This document shows, piece by piece, positions 25,978-30,044 of a stretch of DNA of 30,044 nucleotides; position 1 is the first letter of the stretch; every line of letters begins with the position of its first letter. The stretch is taken from positions 1 through 30,044 of the IMG/VR virus record IMGVR_UViG_3300040985_001415; one strand, 5' to 3'. The translations under genes were made by a program, and so were the position numbers. The notes under the pieces were generated by a model. It made no database searches. It saw only the letters and a list, made by a program, of their open reading frames with translations, and was not told the DNA's origin. Source of the stretch: a virus (taxonomy: Duplodnaviria > Caudoviricetes).

Positions 25978-26217
25978 GTGGAGACCGTCTGGCGTGGAGG
26001 GATGCGCGTATTTATTAACCTGCGCAGCGACTATCCAGCGCCAGCTATAGACCCCACGTTTCCACCGAAGAGAAATGTTTCTGCACCCAGTTGGACCTGT
26101 TGGGGGATCTTGCCACTCTGATGATCTAGTTGTGCAGCCTCCAGAATACGAAGAAGACTTGGCCCAACTGAAACCCATAGGGCTAAATAAATTTACTCGG
26201 TTATATGCTGCCCAAAC
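25978..26217 (-). ncRNA. Candidate structured leader/ncRNA upstream of the luxR-like gene and int
   Basis: 10-bp stem 26170-61/26097-88 enclosing two hairpins, a cUUCGg hairpin, and an ~80-nt imperfect hairpin at 26057-25978. G-U pairs favour the minus strand. TATAAT at 26229-24. Confidence 0.35.
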
Positions 26218-26434
26218 AACCCCATTATACCCAAGATTGTCTGCCCAAGACGGCGGCGAGGTGCTTGCACAAGATCGCGCCGAAACTTTTAATTTTCTTC
26301 CCATCTCTGTCATATTAATTCCCCTTGTATGTAGGTTATTATCTCAAGATGTATCCCTAGATATACACCTCTTTAGCTATTTTACAACAACAAAAGTCAT
26401 TTAATGGTGTGTGTTGGTATGTATTAGGTGGATA

Positions 26435-26917
26435 CTACATAACGCCTTCAAGGTGATCTACGACATCACTCCACCGCGTGTAAGAGGTAGCGAATACCAT
26501 ACCTTTTATGCAGTGATCCCCCGCCCAAGTCTCGAATGTCATCTTCGACCCCGACTTACCTGTGGCCAAAATGTATTCAGTCTTCCCCTCATCCAATCTG
26601 GCCGTGATGAGATACCGTTCCCCATCAATGATGGCGTCCTTGTCCACGTTGACCCACTGGCCCTCAATCTGCTGTATCTTGGGCTTGCTGCTGTCCACGC
26701 CACTCACCAGTCTGACACTGAACGGACGCTTGGCTTTCTTGCCTTTCCATCCGCCGCCACTGCGCGGCGATGTTGTCGTCGTTCGCTTTACACTATCAAG
26801 CGCTTCCTTAAATTCTGGCATGTCCTTAATAAACTCAAAGAACTCACCCGAAAAATCCACGCGCTCGTCTTGGTTCATCGAACGCACCATACCCATTACT
26901 GTTGCTGTTAAACTCAT
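26435..26917 (-). CDS. Hypothetical protein (160 aa)
   Basis: GGAGGA SD before ATG 26917 (MSLTATV); ATGA overlap with the upstream gene. Confidence 0.75.
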   Translation of the reverse strand: MSLTATVMGMVRSMNQDERVDFSGEFFEFIKDMPEFKEALDSVKRTTTTSPRSGGGWKGKKAKRPFSVRLVSGVDSSKPKIQQIEGQWVNVDKDAIIDGERYLITARLDEGKTEYILATGKSGSKMTFETWAGDHCIKGMVFATSYTRWSDVVDHLEGVM

Positions 26918-27099
26918 TTCTTTTCCTCCAAGTTTGTTTGATCCACAAAATGAAACTCTTCGCCACCAACACACATGTGCAACATGCCGTCGCCGACCCA
27001 CGATTTCGTATCGCCAGTGATCTGCATAAGCTTGGCCTCACCAATCAGATGCTCCATCTCCCCTTCTCCAAGAGGTCTGTCACAGGTAATCGTGATCAT
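26914..27099 (-). CDS. Hypothetical protein (61 aa)
   Basis: MITITCDRPLGEGEME...; ATGA overlaps at both ends. Confidence 0.55.
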   Translation of the reverse strand: MITITCDRPLGEGEMEHLIGEAKLMQITGDTKSWVGDGMLHMCVGGEEFHFVDQTNLEEKK

Positions 27100-27173
27100 T
27101 TTTCTGGCCGCCAGTTCCGCTGCCTGTTCGTCTGCTCGACGGTGCGCGTTGCGGTTATTGATACTTTCATCAT
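27096..27173 (-). CDS. 25-aa ORF, possibly the N-terminus of the next ORF
   Basis: MMKVSITATRTVEQTNRQRNWRPEK with SD GGAGGAG; ATGA overlap with the hydrolase stop. Confidence 0.5.
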   Translation of the reverse strand: MMKVSITATRTVEQTNRQRNWRPEK

Positions 27174-27553
27174 GTTCTCCTCCGATAAAAAATGTGCCGA
27201 CCAATCTTCCCGACCTTCTCGCAAGCTGCGATCCAGTACGGGCTGACATAGTCGGCGTGATAGTGAAGCGTGTCGTGCGGCACGACGGACAAGCTGCGAT
27301 CCGTGTCGTCGAGCGTGAGTTGTGCCACCCACTTGGCAACTTCCCACGCCTCCCCTTCCTTTGGCTTGTCGCTCTTGCCGTCGTGCGTCCAACTGAACTG
27401 GCGGTTCTGCCACACGACATCGCATACATTGTCGGGATAGTTCCCCGACGACACCCTGTTCATGGTCACTTGCGCCACCGCAAACTGGGAAATCATTGGC
27501 TCCGAACGCGCCTCAAAGTACACGTTCAGAGCCAGACAGGTGGCGGCGATCAC
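27170..27553 (-). CDS. Cell wall hydrolase, SleB/Hydrolase_2 family
   Basis: CLALNVYFEARSE, AVAQV.MNRV....YP..VC.VV.Q..QFSW, HYHADYV.P.W and IGRHIFY. Confidence 0.93.
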   Translation of the reverse strand: MIAATCLALNVYFEARSEPMISQFAVAQVTMNRVSSGNYPDNVCDVVWQNRQFSWTHDGKSDKPKEGEAWEVAKWVAQLTLDDTDRSLSVVPHDTLHYHADYVSPYWIAACEKVGKIGRHIFYRRRT

Positions 27554-27723
27554 TTGCTGCCCTTTCTCACATTGGATTTTGCTGCACGACGCGCAGCCCG
27601 ATTGGTCTGGCCTTCACGGCCAATCCTTCCTTGGCTCCGACCCCATATGGTCGTGCCACTGTGTGTTGAAAACATGACGGATAATGCCTTCCGTTTCTTC
27701 CCGATTGGCTTGCCCTTACTCAT
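27550..27723 (-). CDS. Small basic protein (57 aa)
   Basis: 16 K/R against 1 acidic residue; NRAARRAA motif; coupled by 4-nt overlaps on both sides. Confidence 0.6.
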   Translation of the reverse strand: MSKGKPIGKKRKALSVMFSTHSGTTIWGRSQGRIGREGQTNRAARRAAKSNVRKGSK

Positions 27724-28082
27724 CGCGACAACCACTGATCCAGTGCCAGAGACACGCGCTCGTAGCGATCACGCGCCCATTCCTCAAGCTGCTCTGGGTT
27801 CTGATCTCCATCCTTGAACGGATACTCTCCGTTGAAGCCCTCCCCCGACTGCATAAAGCCTTCGAGATACGCAAGCTGCATCAACTCAAGGACTTCCGCT
27901 TTGCGGAAATATGATTTAAGTGCGGCAGAGGGCGACACTTTGAACGGTGCTGTCTTGCGAGGCGCTGTTGGCTTGGCGGTCTTTGGCGTCTCGTACAGAG
28001 CGTAGCGCTTCGGCTTCGGCTCCAGTTCAACCAAGCCCTCTAGCTTGGCCTGTGCTACCTTATCGGCGGCTGATTTACCCAT
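27720..28082 (-). CDS. Hypothetical protein (120 aa)
   Basis: GAGGAG SD before ATG 28082 (MGKSAADK); AY.EGF..SGEG.NGEYPF motif. Confidence 0.7.
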   Translation of the reverse strand: MGKSAADKVAQAKLEGLVELEPKPKRYALYETPKTAKPTAPRKTAPFKVSPSAALKSYFRKAEVLELMQLAYLEGFMQSGEGFNGEYPFKDGDQNPEQLEEWARDRYERVSLALDQWLSR

Positions 28083-28371
28083 GCTGCTTCTCCTCTTGAA
28101 GTGTTTGAGTACGGAAAAATCCCTGATGCTCTGGGTGTTCGTGCATGAACAGGCGAGCATAGTAGGGGGTGAAATTATTACTCATGCGGAACGTCTCGCC
28201 GCCCTGCGTTTCAACGTCAGTGTGCCAACGAATACGCTCGAACACTGCCTTGCTGCTGTAGCTATCGTAGCCATGGCGAATGACGTCCAATGTAAAGCGC
28301 TTGAACATCTCGTAGACATCGGGGTTCTCACGATGCCACGCCCACCACTTGTGCTTGATGGCATCGCTCAT
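28075..28371 (-). CDS. Conserved phage hypothetical protein
   Basis: H.ENP.VY..F.RF, S...VFERIRW, F.MSNN...YYARLF...HP...GFF pattern; GAGG SD. Confidence 0.75.
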   Translation of the reverse strand: MSDAIKHKWWAWHRENPDVYEMFKRFTLDVIRHGYDSYSSKAVFERIRWHTDVETQGGETFRMSNNFTPYYARLFMHEHPEHQGFFRTQTLQEEKQHG

Positions 28372-28889
28372 GCCGCCACCTCGCAATCAGCAAACCACTC
28401 TGGCTTTTCACGCTTTGTCCACGTCTTCACACGCCGCTTGTCGTTGGTGTAGTACCACCGATAACTGGCCACATGGCACGACGTGTCGTGCATCGGCTCA
28501 CGATTGCCACGACTGCGCTCGAAGTCCGCAAATGGAACTTTGTACTTATCGGGGATACAGCGAGGCGGATTGCGCCACTTTTTGTATGGAAGGGTGGTGT
28601 TGAAAAGATACCCAGTCACGTCTTCAAATTCAAAGGGGCTTTCTTCTATCAACTGACGAGACTGCCCTTCGCTCAAAAGCGCGTTCATGTGGATGTAAAC
28701 CCAGAGGTAATGCGAAAGGTCGCTACACACCCACTTGGTCATGTCGTGATTGGCCACATGGGGATCAACACCCTCCCCATTGGCATGTTGGATCATCAGC
28801 AAGCAGTCTATCATGTGCTTGTAGATGTCACCGTCCGCATGATACTCGGCGGCCTTGTGTGGATTGTCGTCTAAAAACATAATGTTCAT
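28368..28889 (-). CDS. Pyrimidine-dimer DNA glycosylase/DenV-like family protein, divergent
   Basis: MNI.FLD.NP..AA.YH.D, NH..TKWV, PP.C.PD.YK, V.SYR.YY...K and W..R..P.WF. Confidence 0.7.
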   Translation of the reverse strand: MNIMFLDDNPHKAAEYHADGDIYKHMIDCLLMIQHANGEGVDPHVANHDMTKWVCSDLSHYLWVYIHMNALLSEGQSRQLIEESPFEFEDVTGYLFNTTLPYKKWRNPPRCIPDKYKVPFADFERSRGNREPMHDTSCHVASYRWYYTNDKRRVKTWTKREKPEWFADCEVAA

Positions 28890-29051
28890 TTCGCTGCTAT
28901 CTCCTGTGCGATTTGTTGAATTGTTTTGTAGTCACGGTGTCTCACACGACGTGCCCTGACTTGCTGAGACACGGCCAACCAGAAGCGCGTGTCTCGTCTT
29001 GGATGAAGGGCGAACCACTCGGTTCGCACCGTCCATCTCGTCTTTCGCGGC

Positions 29052-30044
29052 CTATACTGCACGGTCGAGCAGCTTGCTGTTGTCCACAACAAACCGATCA
29101 CCAAGCAACAACTTGGCAAGCTGATCCATCACCCCACCTGTGAGATCATCCAGATCGTAGATCACGACATGGTTCGGGTAGTATTTCTCTACCTCTCCGC
29201 TGCAAATCCCGATGCCCACGACATCTGTGTCGCTTTTGTGGTGGATGTCGCGCACAACATCAGCCAACCAGTTGGCCTCTGCCCGATTGTCGTCTGCGGC
29301 TGGTTGACCATCACTCAGCACGAGTAGAACTTTACGGCTCTCCTGTCGTTGCAGCAGCCGCTCGTGAGCATTGCTCACTGCATCGCCGTCCGAATTGTAG
29401 CCCCGACAAATGCTCCTCTTCATGGCCGCAATGCAGCCCTTCGCTTGCGGCAGCCGCTCATCAAACGATTTGAACACCACCATATCCAGAGGATTGAAGC
29501 GACTGGAGGCATGGTAATCCGACCCAACTTGCGCGTCGTGTGGCCAATCACTACAGTTCTCGAACCCAAGTATCTCATAGGCGATACCAGTTCGATCAAT
29601 AGCCTCGGCTAAACACATTACCGTTTGCCGTGCCATCTCAATGCGTCGGCCAGCCATGCTGCCCGACAAGTCGCAGAGCAGAGTGACTGCCGTGTCCAAA
29701 TCGGTGCGATCCGTGCGTGTCTTGAACACATTGGTGCGCCCCGACATCACCGCAGGAAGGCGGCGTACATCCAAGCGACCATCCTCACGACCAGTGTCCC
29801 AGTCACGCTTCTGCTTGGACATCAACGCACGTTCCAACTTGCGGCGCACCGCATTGGCCGTACCGCCCATGGCCCCCAACTCAGTGTCGTAGTCAGAGGC
29901 TTTTCCTCTCCTCAGAAGCCGACCCAAGTTGTTGTTCAAATCTTTCGTGTAGCCATCATCACGAAACTCAACGTCGTGGCGCGTGTGCCACTTGTCCCAA
30001 TCGCTGTTGTAGACGGTGTATGTAATTTGGCCGCGACCTGATTT
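29052..30044 (-). CDS. CobT-like vWA (MIDAS) protein, 5'-truncated
   Basis: Frame is open to the window end. EDGRLD.RRL, VFK, VTLLCDLSGSMAG, EILGF, N.DG.A, RK.LLVLSDGQP and VVGIGI. Confidence 0.88.
   Translation of the reverse strand, partial: KSGRGQITYTVYNSDWDKWHTRHDVEFRDDGYTKDLNNNLGRLLRRGKASDYDTELGAMGGTANAVRRKLERALMSKQKRDWDTGREDGRLDVRRLPAVMSGRTNVFKTRTDRTDLDTAVTLLCDLSGSMAGRRIEMARQTVMCLAEAIDRTGIAYEILGFENCSDWPHDAQVGSDYHASSRFNPLDMVVFKSFDERLPQAKGCIAAMKRSICRGYNSDGDAVSNAHERLLQRQESRKVLLVLSDGQPAADDNRAEANWLADVVRDIHHKSDTDVVGIGICSGEVEKYYPNHVVIYDLDDLTGGVMDQLAKLLLGDRFVVDNSKLLDRAV

Noticed and set aside
26118-26186. Hammerhead ribozyme (CTGATGA ... GAAA) on the plus strand
   Set aside because: Stem II does not close next to the core, and the required UH after stem III is absent (GGGC follows).
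25690-26404. Track ORFs 25690-26313(-) and 26075-26404(+) as ordinary proteins
   Set aside because: Atypical composition; the first overlaps the luxR-like gene by 245 nt. Kept only as a possible leader ORF.
27749-27760. 12-bp inverted match GAGACACGCGCT to 28984-28995 as an invertible segment
   Set aside because: A single short match inside a coding region with no invertase; compatible with chance.

Overview
Contiguous fragment of a tailed dsDNA bacteriophage genome, probably a temperate podovirus-like phage of an Alphaproteobacterium (host is inference). Both ends are truncated and the first 39 nt are Illumina Nextera adapter. Layout: (+) three putative internal-virion/ejection genes, the third a 3170-aa polyvalent protein with two HExxH zincin motifs and an ART-like domain, then a lysis cassette (2-TM protein, GTA-type 3-TM holin, unannotated 31-aa peptide, GH19 endolysin). 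(-) recombination module (Sak4-like ATPase, DUF669-type SSB, Cas4-like nuclease). (+) Cro-like HTH, primase-polymerase/helicase, candidate origin, Holliday junction resolvase, a frameshifted HNH-like gene and an M15 peptidase. (-) attP region, tyrosine integrase coupled to a LuxR-type HTH gene, and an accessory block (SleB-like hydrolase, DenV-like protein, CobT-like vWA). The most unusual signal is an attP carrying the 5' half of tRNA-Ser(GCT), which predicts a promoter swap on integration. Several unexplained structured intergenic elements are also present. All family assignments come from motif recognition by eye; no searches were run.
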